Positions 1 through 10,318 of a stretch of 64,000 nucleotides of DNA are shown here, piece after piece. The DNA comes from Candidatus Magasanikbacteria bacterium RIFCSPHIGHO2_01_FULL_33_34 (lineage in GTDB: Bacteria; Patescibacteriota; Patescibacteriia; Magasanikbacterales; UBA922): contig MFPS01000007.1 of NCBI GenBank assembly GCA_001782825.1, positions 84,487-148,486 of the forward strand. The letters are read 5' to 3'. How positions within the stretch are numbered: position 1 is the first letter of the stretch; the number at the start of each line of letters is the position of its first letter. The notes below the pieces were generated by a model, which ran no database searches, had not been told where the DNA came from, and was given only the letters and a program-made list of their open reading frames with translations. The position numbers and the translations under genes were made by a program.

Positions 1-2144
1 CTTTTATCTGCGCCCGGTCTATCACTGACATAATCAACATAATCTTCTAATCTTACATTTAAAGATCTTGCTAATAAATTTATTATATCCATATTTGTTT
101 TTTCCTCTCCATGAACATTATAAATTTCATGATCTGGAGATTTGTGAGCAATGATATCAATTGCACTACAAAAATCATTTACATGAACCCAACTACGAAT
201 CTGTTGACCTGTGCCATGTATTGGAATTTTACTTCCTTCAATAATATTAGAAATTGCAAGTGGAATTAACTTTTCTGGATATTGGTACTGTCCATAATTA
301 TTTGAACCACGCACAATTACTGCTGGTACTTTGTGTGTACGAATAAATGATTGCACGATTAAATCAGCCGCCGCCTTAGACGAAGAATAAGGATTTGAAG
401 GTCTCAATGGAGAATCTTCATAAGAATAGCCCTCATCAATATCCCCATAAATTTCATCAGTAGAAATATGTACAAAACGTGGTACATTATATTTTCTGAC
501 GGCTTCAATCAAACTTCTTACACCACCGATATTGGTATAAATAAAATCATTCATATCAATAATTGATCTATCAACATGAGTTTCTGCCGCAAAATTTATC
601 ACCATATCAAAATTATGGCGAGCAAAAATAATATCTAAAAATCTAGTATCGCATATATCTCCATACAAAAAATTGTATCTTTTTTGATTTGAATCTAAAC
701 TACATTCTTTCTTTTCAATATCAAGAAGATTGTCTTGATTGCCTGCATAAGTTAATAAATCAATATTATAAATACGATATTCAGGATATTTTTCGTACAA
801 ATGTCTTACAAAATTTGACCCAATAAATCCATAACCACCAGTAACTAAAATATTTTTATTTTCTCGCTTTGGCAAATTGACCATGCTTGAAGTCAAAAAC
901 CCAGCATTCCTATTTTGTAATTTTTTTTTAAAAAATTCATTAAATGTATCCTTCAAATATTGAATCTGTTCTGTTTGTAAACCGTGGTGACAACCAACTA
1001 CAAAGCCATTTCGCATTACTTTATCAGTAATCGGGAAATTATTATCAGCCACTTCTTTACTTTCCAAATTACTAAAAGCTGGTTGTTTTAATACATTGCC
1101 AGTAAAAATAGGTCTTGTTTGAATATTTTTTTCTTCCAAAAATTTAGTTATCTCATTTCTTGTAAAACCAACATTATCTTTAAGTGTCAAAGGAAAACAT
1201 AACCAATTTGTCTCTACTCGTATATCTTGTTTTGGTAAAATAAACAAGTCTTCATAATCTCTAAAAAAATTCATCAGTTCAGCAAAATTCTGTTTTCTCT
1301 TCTCCGAAAAAGAATCTAGACGTCTCAATTGAACAAGACCAAAAGCACCATTTAACTCTCCAGATTGAAAATTATACCCAACTTCACTAAAAATAAATTT
1401 TGCATCATAAGTTTCTCCATCTAATTTACCAGCAAATCTCTTTTCAATATCCTCTGATTTTTCATAAACCCCAAACAATGTTGACTCACGCCCCCAATTA
1501 CTCTTAACAAGAGCGCGTTTTGCTAATTCTTTGTCATGAAAACAAACCATACCACCTGATCCAGCAGCGGTTACCACATGTGAAGCATAGAAACTTGTAG
1601 TTGAAATATCTGAATAAAAACCACTTGGATTACCATCAAATTTTGCCCCGAGTGTATCACAAGAATCTTCTACTAAAAATAAACTATATTTATCTGCCAA
1701 CTCTCTCAATTTTTTCATATCTGGCACATTGCCAAGCAATGATGGTATCATCAAAACTTTTGTATTCTGAGTGATCAATGCTTCTATCTTATCTACATCT
1801 ATCAAATAAGTACCTGGCACAACATCTACAAAAACTGGCTTCAAACCCTTTTGTAAAATTGGAGACAATGTGGTCCCAAAAGTAAGTGCAGGTGTAATAA
1901 CTTCAGAGCCAACCGGTAAATCCAACACATCCAAAGCAATTAGATTTGCCGAAGAACCAGAATTTACCATAATGCCATATTCTTTTCCAAAAATACCTGC
2001 AATTTTTTTCTCAAATTCTTTTACTTGTGGTCCAGCCACAATTTTTTTAGGATTTCTCAAAACATTCAAAACAGCCTCAATTTCTTCTGGTCCATATATA
2101 GCGGCTGCATAAGGCACCTCCATACTATCTCTTTTGTTCTCCAT
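1..2144 (-). CDS. rfbB: Fused DegT-family PLP enzyme (His-type, ColD/RfbH-like 3-dehydratase) + dTDP-glucose 4,6-dehydratase; 3' end runs off the window
   Basis: Not in the ORF track because it has no stop in the window. Manual translation from ATG 2144: MENKRDSMEVPYAAAIYGPEE...VNSGSSAN...EDSCD...SFYASHVVTAAG...GCHHGL, continuing in frame through 959-885 into MVNLPKRENKNILVTGGYGFIGSNF (ATG 884)...NFAAETHVDRSI...HISTDEIYG...PYSSSK. Confidence 0.85.
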   Translation of the reverse strand, partial: MENKRDSMEVPYAAAIYGPEEIEAVLNVLRNPKKIVAGPQVKEFEKKIAGIFGKEYGIMVNSGSSANLIALDVLDLPVGSEVITPALTFGTTLSPILQKGLKPVFVDVVPGTYLIDVDKIEALITQNTKVLMIPSLLGNVPDMKKLRELADKYSLFLVEDSCDTLGAKFDGNPSGFYSDISTTSFYASHVVTAAGSGGMVCFHDKELAKRALVKSNWGRESTLFGVYEKSEDIEKRFAGKLDGETYDAKFIFSEVGYNFQSGELNGAFGLVQLRRLDSFSEKRKQNFAELMNFFRDYEDLFILPKQDIRVETNWLCFPLTLKDNVGFTRNEITKFLEEKNIQTRPIFTGNVLKQPAFSNLESKEVADNNFPITDKVMRNGFVVGCHHGLQTEQIQYLKDTFNEFFKKKLQNRNAGFLTSSMVNLPKRENKNILVTGGYGFIGSNFVRHLYEKYPEYRIYNIDLLTYAGNQDNLLDIEKKECSLDSNQKRYNFLYGDICDTRFLDIIFARHNFDMVINFAAETHVDRSIIDMNDFIYTNIGGVRSLIEAVRKYNVPRFVHISTDEIYGDIDEGYSYEDSPLRPSNPYSSSKAAADLIVQSFIRTHKVPAVIVRGSNNYGQYQYPEKLIPLAISNIIEGSKIPIHGTGQQIRSWVHVNDFCSAIDIIAHKSPDHEIYNVHGEEKTNMDIINLLARSLNVRLEDYVDYVSDRPGADK

Positions 2145-2150
2145 ATGAAT

Positions 2151-3086
2151 CTATTTTTTTAAATAATTAATTACCTCCTTCAAACCAGCCTCTAAACTAT
2201 ACTTAGGCTTCCAATTGAAGTTCTTAAAGGTATTTTCCATATCAGCTTGCCACAATTTACTATCATAGTCAAGTAATGGTCTTTCTCCCCAATTTATATT
2301 ACTCTTTGACCCCGTAAGATTCATAACGATTTTAACCAATTCACCAAGCTGAACCGCTTTACCACTACCAGCATTAAAAATGCCCCCTTTATTATTTTTA
2401 GCAGAATCAATAGCGCTCATATACAAATCAACCAAGTCACCAACATAAATAAAGTCGCGCGAAACATCTTTATTGGTTATTTCAATATCTCTTCCATCTA
2501 AAGCTCTTTTAACAACCTCATAAACTAATCTACCTTTTTGTATTTTTGGACCATAAGGAGTAAATAATCTAAAAGTAATTATAGGTTTATTACTTGTTTT
2601 AGCTACAGCTTGACCATATAAGGTGGCACTTAATTTTGAAATACTATACAACTCTGTTGGTTCACACAAATCTGATTCTTTTACTGGATATTGCTTTGGT
2701 CCATACTCCATAAAACTACCCGTATTAACAAAAAAATTATAATCAATATCCTTAAGACTATCTACTAAATTTTTAAACCCTAAGATATTTGTATTCAACA
2801 CATCCTCATCTCCGGCTGTTACACCGCTGGCTATATTTGAAGCCGCCAAATGAAAAACACCATAAGGTTTTAACTTGTTAACAAAACTTTCCAAACTATT
2901 TTTATCAAGCAAGCTAACATAATGCAAATTTACTTTATCCAAAATATGTTCTATACGCCAAGTATCCGTAGTCTCTTTAATTAAAATATTGACATCGTAA
3001 CCTTCACTTACGAGTCTTTCTACCAAATGCGAGCCAATAAACCCAGCCCCACCTGTTACTAATATTTTTTTGTTTGAATTGCTCAT
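2151..3086 (-). CDS. NAD-dependent epimerase/dehydratase (extended SDR), probable NDP-4-keto-sugar reductase
   Basis: ILVTGGAGFIG Rossmann motif, YSISK catalytic motif, RLFTPYGP, RDFIYV. Confidence 0.85.
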   Translation of the reverse strand: MSNSNKKILVTGGAGFIGSHLVERLVSEGYDVNILIKETTDTWRIEHILDKVNLHYVSLLDKNSLESFVNKLKPYGVFHLAASNIASGVTAGDEDVLNTNILGFKNLVDSLKDIDYNFFVNTGSFMEYGPKQYPVKESDLCEPTELYSISKLSATLYGQAVAKTSNKPIITFRLFTPYGPKIQKGRLVYEVVKRALDGRDIEITNKDVSRDFIYVGDLVDLYMSAIDSAKNNKGGIFNAGSGKAVQLGELVKIVMNLTGSKSNINWGERPLLDYDSKLWQADMENTFKNFNWKPKYSLEAGLKEVINYLKK

Positions 3087-3829
3087 TTTATATCAAAATT
3101 TTCGTATTTTTTAATTCCTAACTTTTGAAAAGTAAACTTTGCTAATACCCCCAACGTCATCATTCCATATTCCAAACTTTTATAAAAACTTGGAGATTTT
3201 GATTCTTCTGTATATCTTGTAGGAATAGGGATTTCATATACTCTAAATTTTCCTAATGAAATTTCTGCAAACATCTCTGTATCAAACACATAATTATTTG
3301 AATTTTTTTCAAATGGAATTCTTGTCAGCAAGTTTCTACCATAAGCTCTATAACCTGTGTGATATTCTGTTAATCCTAGACGAAAAAAAGAATCTTCTAA
3401 AATTGTCAACGCTCTATTAGCCACAAATCTCCATAATGGCATTCCACCTTTTCTAGCATCGCCCTTGTTATGCATCCGGGAACCAAAGCACACATCGGCT
3501 TCACCCAAAGCTATTTTTTTAACCATTTCAGGAACCAAACTAGGGTCATATTGAAAATCAGAGTGAACCATTACAGCCACATCTGCGCCCATATTAAGCG
3601 CTTCTCTATAACCGGTTTTTTGAGCACCACCATACCCTTTATTCTTTTCATGAACAACCAAATGCACACCCAATCTTTTGGCAATTTCGCTAGTTTTATC
3701 CCTACTACCATCATCAACTACTATAATTTCGTCTACAGAACCTTCTGGTATAGCTTTAATAGATTTCTCTAATGTTTTCTCTGTATTATATGCAGGTATT
3801 ACTACTATTATTTTTTTATCATTGATCAT
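3083..3829 (-). CDS. GT2 glycosyltransferase (DPM-synthase-like)
   Basis: VVIPAYN, VVDDGSRD, NKGYGGA, HSDFQY, GSR motifs. Confidence 0.9.
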   Translation of the reverse strand: MINDKKIIVVIPAYNTEKTLEKSIKAIPEGSVDEIIVVDDGSRDKTSEIAKRLGVHLVVHEKNKGYGGAQKTGYREALNMGADVAVMVHSDFQYDPSLVPEMVKKIALGEADVCFGSRMHNKGDARKGGMPLWRFVANRALTILEDSFFRLGLTEYHTGYRAYGRNLLTRIPFEKNSNNYVFDTEMFAEISLGKFRVYEIPIPTRYTEESKSPSFYKSLEYGMMTLGVLAKFTFQKLGIKKYENFDIK

Positions 3830-3832
3830 AAA

Positions 3833-4279
3833 TTAATATAGAACTTTTAACACTATTTTTTTAACTTCTTGTGGAATGTCTTCCATAATACCAGTCACAT
3901 GACCATCTTCTGGAAAAAAAACTACAATATCATTTTCACTCAATATAAACTTCTCCCCATCACCATTATACAAAATATAATCACCATCTTCATTATAGTC
4001 TGTTTTTAATTCTAATTTTTTTATATCTTGATAACAAACTTTTTCCGTACCAGAAAGAATACAATGTACATCAATAAATTTTTTATGTGATTCCCATACA
4101 CATTCAGATTCTTCTTTTGTGGTGTAATTTAATCTCAAGAAAAAATTATCACCAGATAGTTTATGCTTCCCTTCTTCAAGATTTAACAAATCCAAACTAA
4201 ACACTTCCAAAAGAGCATTCTTAACTTTTTCTGTAAGTTTTTCTTCTAATACAAAAACTTTTTTATCAGTAAGTATCAT
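3833..4279 (-). CDS. YhcH/YjgK/YiaL family protein (NanQ-like)
   Basis: WESHKKFIDVH and FFPEDGH motifs, C-terminal KKIVLKV; next to a nonulosonate synthase. Confidence 0.8.
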   Translation of the reverse strand: MILTDKKVFVLEEKLTEKVKNALLEVFSLDLLNLEEGKHKLSGDNFFLRLNYTTKEESECVWESHKKFIDVHCILSGTEKVCYQDIKKLELKTDYNEDGDYILYNGDGEKFILSENDIVVFFPEDGHVTGIMEDIPQEVKKIVLKVLY

Positions 4280-4280
4280 A

Positions 4281-5363
4281 TTATTTTTCTACCAAATCCA
4301 AATTCATTGGAGTTCCACGTTCTATATCTTGCGTAGATTTTTTCCCTAAAATTTCATCCAAATATTTTGGTGCCACTCCAATACCCGGTCTAATTGACCT
4401 AAGATTTTTTTCTGTAAATTCTTCGCCCTTTTTCATATCTTCAACCACAAATAAAGATTGACGTAAGTGTTTAGCATTATAAGCCTCCTTTTCATTAGCT
4501 GGCCCATAATGAATTTTGCCTAAAACTTTTTCTGCTTCACGTATACCTTCTATCATAACTTTTAACTCACTCGGAGTAACAGAAAAATCAGAATCTGGAG
4601 TTTTTTCTTTTCCTTCAGGCATTACATGTTTTTCTATAACTTTGGCACCAGCCAAAACTGCCATAGCGGCTGTTCTTGTGCCACCAATATTTTCTGAAAA
4701 TCCAGGTATGACATCAAACTTACTTTTTATGTCAGCAATATTTTTCAAATTTAAGGTAGTAAAATCTGGTTCATGTGTATACGTAGTACTACAGTGCAAA
4801 ATTACCAAATCTTTTATACCATTTTCTTTCAAAGTATCTATGCCAAGTTTTGCCTCTTCTTCGGTTGCAAAACCGATTGACATTATAACTGGTTTACCAG
4901 TCTTAGCCACACGACGCAAAAGTGGAATATGTGACACCTCATAGGAAGCAATTTTGTACATTCCAACATTCATATTTTCCATATAGTCAACTGCCGTAAT
5001 ATCATATACAGTTGAAAAGAAAAACAAACCAACTTTTTCTGCCTCTTCTTTTAGTTGTGGTAGCCATTCCCATGGTGTATAAGCAGTTTTATACAAATCA
5101 TAAAGTTTAGCCCCTTTCCATGGGTTCTCATCCCCCTCCATTACAAAACCATTTTTATCACAATCAATAGTCAAAGTATCAGGAGTATAAGTTTGAAATT
5201 TAACCGCATCAGCACCTGCACCAGCTGCTGCGTGTACTATTTCAATCGCTTTTTCCAAATTTTGATTATGGTTTGCTGAAACTTCAGCAATTACAAAAGT
5301 TGGTGCGTCCCCACCAATCTCTCTTTCTCCTCTTGGTGTTTGTAATTTAAAAGATTTTGACAT
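4281..5363 (-). CDS. pseI: Pseudaminic acid synthase (NeuB family with C-terminal SAF domain)
   Basis: IAEVSANHNQ, DAVKFQTYTPDTLTID, YTPWEW, KIASYE, IEKH, RSIRPGIG. Confidence 0.88.
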   Translation of the reverse strand: MSKSFKLQTPRGEREIGGDAPTFVIAEVSANHNQNLEKAIEIVHAAAGAGADAVKFQTYTPDTLTIDCDKNGFVMEGDENPWKGAKLYDLYKTAYTPWEWLPQLKEEAEKVGLFFFSTVYDITAVDYMENMNVGMYKIASYEVSHIPLLRRVAKTGKPVIMSIGFATEEEAKLGIDTLKENGIKDLVILHCSTTYTHEPDFTTLNLKNIADIKSKFDVIPGFSENIGGTRTAAMAVLAGAKVIEKHVMPEGKEKTPDSDFSVTPSELKVMIEGIREAEKVLGKIHYGPANEKEAYNAKHLRQSLFVVEDMKKGEEFTEKNLRSIRPGIGVAPKYLDEILGKKSTQDIERGTPMNLDLVEK

Positions 5364-5381
5364 ATATTTTTTATTAAAAAA

Positions 5382-6611
5382 CTAAGCAGGTTCCACATCT
5401 ATATTATTTTTCTTTAACCATTCTCTGTGTTCTATTCTCTTCTTTTCCAAAGTATCCTGATCATCCCATATATTTTCCTTTATCCATTGATTATTTTCAT
5501 CCTTCCACCAAATCTTTGGATCATAAAAATTCTCGTCACAATATTTATCAAATTCTTCCTCAGAAACTCCTGCATAATCAAACCAAAATTTAAAATCTTT
5601 GGAACGCACATGGTCATATTTTTTTATCATTTCAATTCCTTCTTCACGAGTCATATAACCCAGTCTAATATCCTTACAAACATGATCACTACATCTACCA
5701 TATCCAAACTTCACATATTTTAAGTAATCCTTAATACCTGTTTCATATTTATCATCTAAATTAGAAATAGTACGATATGTTCTTTCAAATGGCTCTGGTG
5801 AAGGTTCCCAACCAAGTTCTTTCATTATAAAATCAGTTTGCTTATACATATCCCAATGTACATAATTGCCCAAAAATATTCCTCTGATTCCTAAATCAGA
5901 GATCTCTTCCATAGTAGGATACTGATAAAAGTTAAAATCATTTTCTTTTAAACCTTCTCTCAATTTTGAACGCCCAATTTTTTCCAACCCCTCATCTGTT
6001 AAGTCTCTAAAATTAAAACCTCTCTGATGATGCTCATGGAAGTCCCTAGCACTCATTTCTACCAAATCATAAAGAGAATATTGACCTCCACGATCAAGTC
6101 GACCATGTTCACCCCACATTATAAGGGGTACATTGTATTTTACTGCCATCTTAACTGGAAAACTAAAAATACCAGAATGGCAATGCCAACTCATATCACC
6201 CATCAAACGAAAAGTTAAACGGTTTAATTTTTTCAAAACTTTTATACTGGGGTAACCAATGATATGATCAACATCAAAAGTATGACGCATTTTGTATAAA
6301 TTTTTCTCACCAATTGGGTGGTAATTGTTACCGTGATATGTCACTAACAATGGTTTAAGTTTTAAAACTTCAGTAGCATACCAAGTTTGATACCAACTAT
6401 CTTTTCCACCACTTACTGGTATTAAAATATCATAACCACCAGTTTTGGAACGATAAGGCTCTACCAAATCTTGTAACATCTTGGCCCTTTCATCCCAGTC
6501 TATTTTTGGTTTTTCAGCATTAACAATACAACCACTACAAACCCCATTTTCATCAAAAGATAATTTTACGGCAGAAGATGCTGGATAAATACATTTTGTA
6601 CACCATTTCAT
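5382..6611 (-). CDS. N-acetyl sugar amidotransferase (WbuX/PseA family)
   Basis: N-terminal CTKC...GVCSGC, PP-loop VSGGKDS, KFGYGRCSD, DIRLGYMTREEG; adjacent HisH/HisF paralogues. Confidence 0.88.
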   Translation of the reverse strand: MKWCTKCIYPASSAVKLSFDENGVCSGCIVNAEKPKIDWDERAKMLQDLVEPYRSKTGGYDILIPVSGGKDSWYQTWYATEVLKLKPLLVTYHGNNYHPIGEKNLYKMRHTFDVDHIIGYPSIKVLKKLNRLTFRLMGDMSWHCHSGIFSFPVKMAVKYNVPLIMWGEHGRLDRGGQYSLYDLVEMSARDFHEHHQRGFNFRDLTDEGLEKIGRSKLREGLKENDFNFYQYPTMEEISDLGIRGIFLGNYVHWDMYKQTDFIMKELGWEPSPEPFERTYRTISNLDDKYETGIKDYLKYVKFGYGRCSDHVCKDIRLGYMTREEGIEMIKKYDHVRSKDFKFWFDYAGVSEEEFDKYCDENFYDPKIWWKDENNQWIKENIWDDQDTLEKKRIEHREWLKKNNIDVEPA

Positions 6612-6637
6612 ATATTTTGCTTAAAATAATATTTTAA

Positions 6638-7429
6638 TTACCTAACTTCAATCCCATTTTGTTTCATAAAATTTTTGGCATGCATAGTTGAATGTTCTGT
6701 AAAGTGAAACTTATTTCCAACCGACACAGCCGAAGCTCCACCCTCTTTTATTCCCTCTACCAAATGTTTCCAATCTCCGACACCACCTGAGGCAATTACT
6801 GGGATATCTACTGCACTTGCTACTGTTTTTACAAGTGCAATATCATAACCCCGCATAGAACCATCTTCATCTATAGAAGTCAAAAATATTTCACCTGCCC
6901 CCAATTCTTCAACTTTTTTAGCCCAACCAACTACATCCATACCTGTATCAATTTTACCAAAACCTTTCATAACTTTATGTGTCCCATCTGTTTGTCTTTT
7001 TGCATCTATGGAAATGACTATACACTGACTACCAAAAACTTTTGCGCCCTCTGTTATAATTTCTGGTGTTTCAATTGCAACTGTATTTATTGTTATCTTG
7101 TCAGCTCCCATTTTTATATATCGCCTAATATCTTCCACACTTCTAATACCACCACCAGCGCACAAAGGAACGAAAGACTTCTTTGACACATATTTTATCA
7201 ACTGGTCAAAATCAGTCAATGTATTATCATAATTTACATCTGGCCTAAAAAAATCATAATTTTTCTCTCTGTTTATATCCAACAAAATTATTTCATCAAT
7301 TGCCCAAGCATTGAAATGCTCTACTGCCATAATAGCATTTCCCACCACCAAAAATTCAGAAAAATGCTTGCTCTGCACAATTTGACCATCTTTTATTATA
7401 AGACAAGCTATTAATCTTTTTTTCAACAT
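6638..7429 (-). CDS. hisF: HisF-like cyclase (WbuZ type, glycan amidation-associated)
   Basis: MLKKRLIACL start at 7429, GGGIRS, GADKITINT, GAGEIFLTSID.DG, PVIASGG. Confidence 0.85.
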   Translation of the reverse strand: MLKKRLIACLIIKDGQIVQSKHFSEFLVVGNAIMAVEHFNAWAIDEIILLDINREKNYDFFRPDVNYDNTLTDFDQLIKYVSKKSFVPLCAGGGIRSVEDIRRYIKMGADKITINTVAIETPEIITEGAKVFGSQCIVISIDAKRQTDGTHKVMKGFGKIDTGMDVVGWAKKVEELGAGEIFLTSIDEDGSMRGYDIALVKTVASAVDIPVIASGGVGDWKHLVEGIKEGGASAVSVGNKFHFTEHSTMHAKNFMKQNGIEVR

Positions 7430-7436
7430 ATTAACC

Positions 7437-8048
7437 TCAATATTTAACAAATTTTCTCATCATTTCAATGCCATCTTTTTGACTTTTTTCTGGATGAAAT
7501 TGTGTTGCCATTATATTGCCACGCTCCAAACTACACACAAACTTACCACCATAATCTGTAACTCCAGTAATATCCTCTTTATTTTCACAATCAAAATGAA
7601 AACTATGCACAAAATAACAAATCTTTGGACTCATATCATTACCATACAACACACATTCTCTTTGTGGTTCAACATCATTCCAACCAATATGTGGAATACG
7701 ATATTCATCGCCTTCTGGAGTCAATTTTTTTACTTCACCTTTTATAAAACCTAGCCCATTATGCTCGCCTATTTCATAACTTTTATCTGCCAAAAGTTGC
7801 ATACCCAAACAAATTCCTAAAAATGGTTTTTTAACTTCCATTACTTCATTGGACAAAACTTCAACCAAACCAAGCTTTTTTAAATTTTCCATTGCCTCGC
7901 CAAATGCACCCACACCTGGCAGAATTAATTTGTCGGCTAATTCAATTTCTTTAGTTTTATTTGTAATTATGTTTTTCTCGCCAATATAATCCAGAATATT
8001 TGCTACTGATTGCAAATTTCCCATTCCATAATCAATAATTGCTATCAT
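7437..8048 (-). CDS. hisH: HisH-like glutamine amidotransferase (WbuY type)
   Basis: IIDYGMGNL, LPGVGAF, GICLGMQ, PHIGWN, YFVHS, QFHPEKS. Confidence 0.9.
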   Translation of the reverse strand: MIAIIDYGMGNLQSVANILDYIGEKNIITNKTKEIELADKLILPGVGAFGEAMENLKKLGLVEVLSNEVMEVKKPFLGICLGMQLLADKSYEIGEHNGLGFIKGEVKKLTPEGDEYRIPHIGWNDVEPQRECVLYGNDMSPKICYFVHSFHFDCENKEDITGVTDYGGKFVCSLERGNIMATQFHPEKSQKDGIEMMRKFVKY

Positions 8049-9172
8049 ACTACAATTGCTTTTACTTTTTCTATTACTTTCTTTTGTTCATCTTCGGTCA
8101 AATCAGGATACAAAGGCAACGAAATTACACTATTATACCATTTTTCTGTTTGCTCTAAACCATCACTTGTATAACCTAAATTTTTATAAAAAGTATGCAT
8201 ATGTACTGGAATATGATGAACTTGAACACCAATTCCCTCCGCACGCAATTTATCAAAAATTGCTACTTTCTTTGACACCAGATTTTCTTTTAATCTGATT
8301 GTATACAAATGCCAAGCTGATTTATAAATTTCATCATCCTTAACTGGAGTAATTATGTTATCAAAATCTAAAAAAGCTTCATCATACTTCTCCACTATTT
8401 TTTTTCTTTTTTGTAAAAATAAATTAAGTTTTGATAATTGTCTTATACCAAGCGCGCAAGCAAAATCTGGCAAACGATAATTTAATCCCAACTCCACCAT
8501 ATCAAAATACCATGCGCCAAGATTTTTATCTAAATTTTCTTTTATAATACCATGAGTAATAAATCTTTTCATTTTTTTGTAATATTCCTCATTATCAGTC
8601 AAAATAGCCCCACCTTCACCAGTAGTAATATTTTTCACAGGATGAAAACTAAAAGTAGACAAATCACTTATTGAGCCTACTTTTCTACCATTGAAACTTG
8701 CCCCCAATGCTTGTGAAGCATCTTCTATAACTTTTAAATTATATCTATCAGCAATTTCTTTTATTTTTTCCAAATCAACTGGGCGTCCAGTATAATCAAT
8801 TGGTACAATCGCCTTTGTTTTATCTGTTATTTTTTCTTCTATTTTAGAAATATCCATATTACCTGTAGTAGGATCAATATCCACAAATACTGGTCTAGCC
8901 CCTTGCCACACACCTACATTACTAGTAGCCACAAAGGTTAATGATGTGGTTATAAATTCATCTCCTGATCCAATTCCAACCGCAACAAAAGCTGAATGTA
9001 AAGCAGCCGTTCCATTTGATACAACTACAGCATATTTAGCGCCACAATAATCTGCCAAATCTTTTTCAAATCTTGTAACCCTTTCACCTTGAGTTAAACA
9101 ATCTGAACCAAGTGCGTCTACAACTGCATCAATGTCTTCTTTATCAATTGACTGATGTCCGTATGGTATCAT
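8045..9172 (-). CDS. pseC: UDP-4-amino-4,6-dideoxy-N-acetyl-beta-L-altrosamine transaminase
   Basis: MIPYGHQSID, SNGTAALH, FSFHPVKNITTGEGG (catalytic Lys), GIGVQVH; directly downstream of pseB. Confidence 0.88.
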   Translation of the reverse strand: MIPYGHQSIDKEDIDAVVDALGSDCLTQGERVTRFEKDLADYCGAKYAVVVSNGTAALHSAFVAVGIGSGDEFITTSLTFVATSNVGVWQGARPVFVDIDPTTGNMDISKIEEKITDKTKAIVPIDYTGRPVDLEKIKEIADRYNLKVIEDASQALGASFNGRKVGSISDLSTFSFHPVKNITTGEGGAILTDNEEYYKKMKRFITHGIIKENLDKNLGAWYFDMVELGLNYRLPDFACALGIRQLSKLNLFLQKRKKIVEKYDEAFLDFDNIITPVKDDEIYKSAWHLYTIRLKENLVSKKVAIFDKLRAEGIGVQVHHIPVHMHTFYKNLGYTSDGLEQTEKWYNSVISLPLYPDLTEDEQKKVIEKVKAIVV

Positions 9173-9178
9173 ATATTT

Positions 9179-10180
9179 TTATTCAAGCATGTCCAAAAGT
9201 TTTTTTAAACCTTCTTCGTCCAACCATTTATCATTTTTATGACTAGCAAAGAAAAATCCTTCTGGAACTTCTTTACCCCTTATATAATTATCTGACTCAT
9301 CCCACCATTTATCATCTTGATAATCAGGAAAAATTATATAATGATTATCAAACTCACGTACATTACGTGCTTCTTCTGGAGTAATCAAAGATTCATGTAA
9401 TTTTTCTCCTGGACGAATACCAATATACTTTAATCTACAACCTGGGGCACAAACTTGTATTAAATCTTTAATACCCATACTAGGAATTTTTGGAATAAAA
9501 ATTTCTCCACCTCTCATATCATTCAAAGAATCCAAAACAAATTCAATACCCTGATCCAAAGTAATCCAAAAACGAGTCATTTTTTCGTCTGTTATAGTTA
9601 TTTCTCCACTTGCTTTTTGCTTTGCAATCACTCCAATTATACTGCCACGGCTACCAAACACATTACCATATCTCACAACACTCAACTTTGTACCACCAAG
9701 TCCAGAATAAAAATTACTATTTACTACCAATTTTTCAGCACAAAGTTTTGTGGCTCCATACAAATTGGCTGGATTAGCTGCCTTGTCAGTTGATATAAGT
9801 AAAACTTTTTTAACACCTTTTTCAATCGCCGCATTTACTACATTCTCTGTGCCAAGTATATTCGTCTTAATTGCTTCTGTAGGATTATATTCAAGAGCAG
9901 GAACTTGTTTCAAAGCTGCCGCATGCACAACATAATCAACCCCTTGAAATGCGCGCTTTAGACGATCTAAATCTCTAACATCGCCAATAAAAAAACGTAA
10001 CCTATCTCTGTGTTCTGCAAAAGTTATTTTCATCTCATGCTGTTTCAATTCATCACGACTAAACACTATAATTCTTTTAGCACCACTTTTCATTAATAAT
10101 GTTTTTACAAAAGCTTGACCAAAAGAACCAGTACCACCAGTAACCAAAATAGATGAATCTACCAAAAAATCTAATGACAT
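9179..10180 (-). CDS. pseB: UDP-N-acetylglucosamine 4,6-dehydratase (inverting)
   Basis: TGGTGSFG, FSRDELKQ, HAAALKQVP, STDKAANPANLYGATK, RYGNVFGSRGS, MTRFWITL, GIRPGEKLHE; start set at ATG 10180, downstream of a promoter. Confidence 0.92.
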   Translation of the reverse strand: MSLDFLVDSSILVTGGTGSFGQAFVKTLLMKSGAKRIIVFSRDELKQHEMKITFAEHRDRLRFFIGDVRDLDRLKRAFQGVDYVVHAAALKQVPALEYNPTEAIKTNILGTENVVNAAIEKGVKKVLLISTDKAANPANLYGATKLCAEKLVVNSNFYSGLGGTKLSVVRYGNVFGSRGSIIGVIAKQKASGEITITDEKMTRFWITLDQGIEFVLDSLNDMRGGEIFIPKIPSMGIKDLIQVCAPGCRLKYIGIRPGEKLHESLITPEEARNVREFDNHYIIFPDYQDDKWWDESDNYIRGKEVPEGFFFASHKNDKWLDEEGLKKLLDMLE

Positions 10181-10211
10181 ATTTATTTTACAAATTAATA
10201 TAACGCCTCTT

Positions 10212-10240
10212 ACTTTAGCAAAAAAATACAAAAATTGCAA
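10212..10240 (-). promoter_or_regulatory. sigma70-type promoter for the pse operon
   Basis: Minus strand TTGCAA-17 nt-TAAAGT with extended -10 TG. Confidence 0.55.
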
Positions 10241-10318
10241 GTTGTATTGTCTTGATTTTTAAAAAATAAAAAAATAGCTAATTTAAGCTAAAAATATAAT
10301 CAAAAAACAAAATAAAAA

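Noticed and set aside
6638-8048. hisH/hisF as histidine biosynthesis genes
   Set aside because: No other his genes; they flank a WbuX-type amidotransferase in a sugar operon, the known glycan-amidation context
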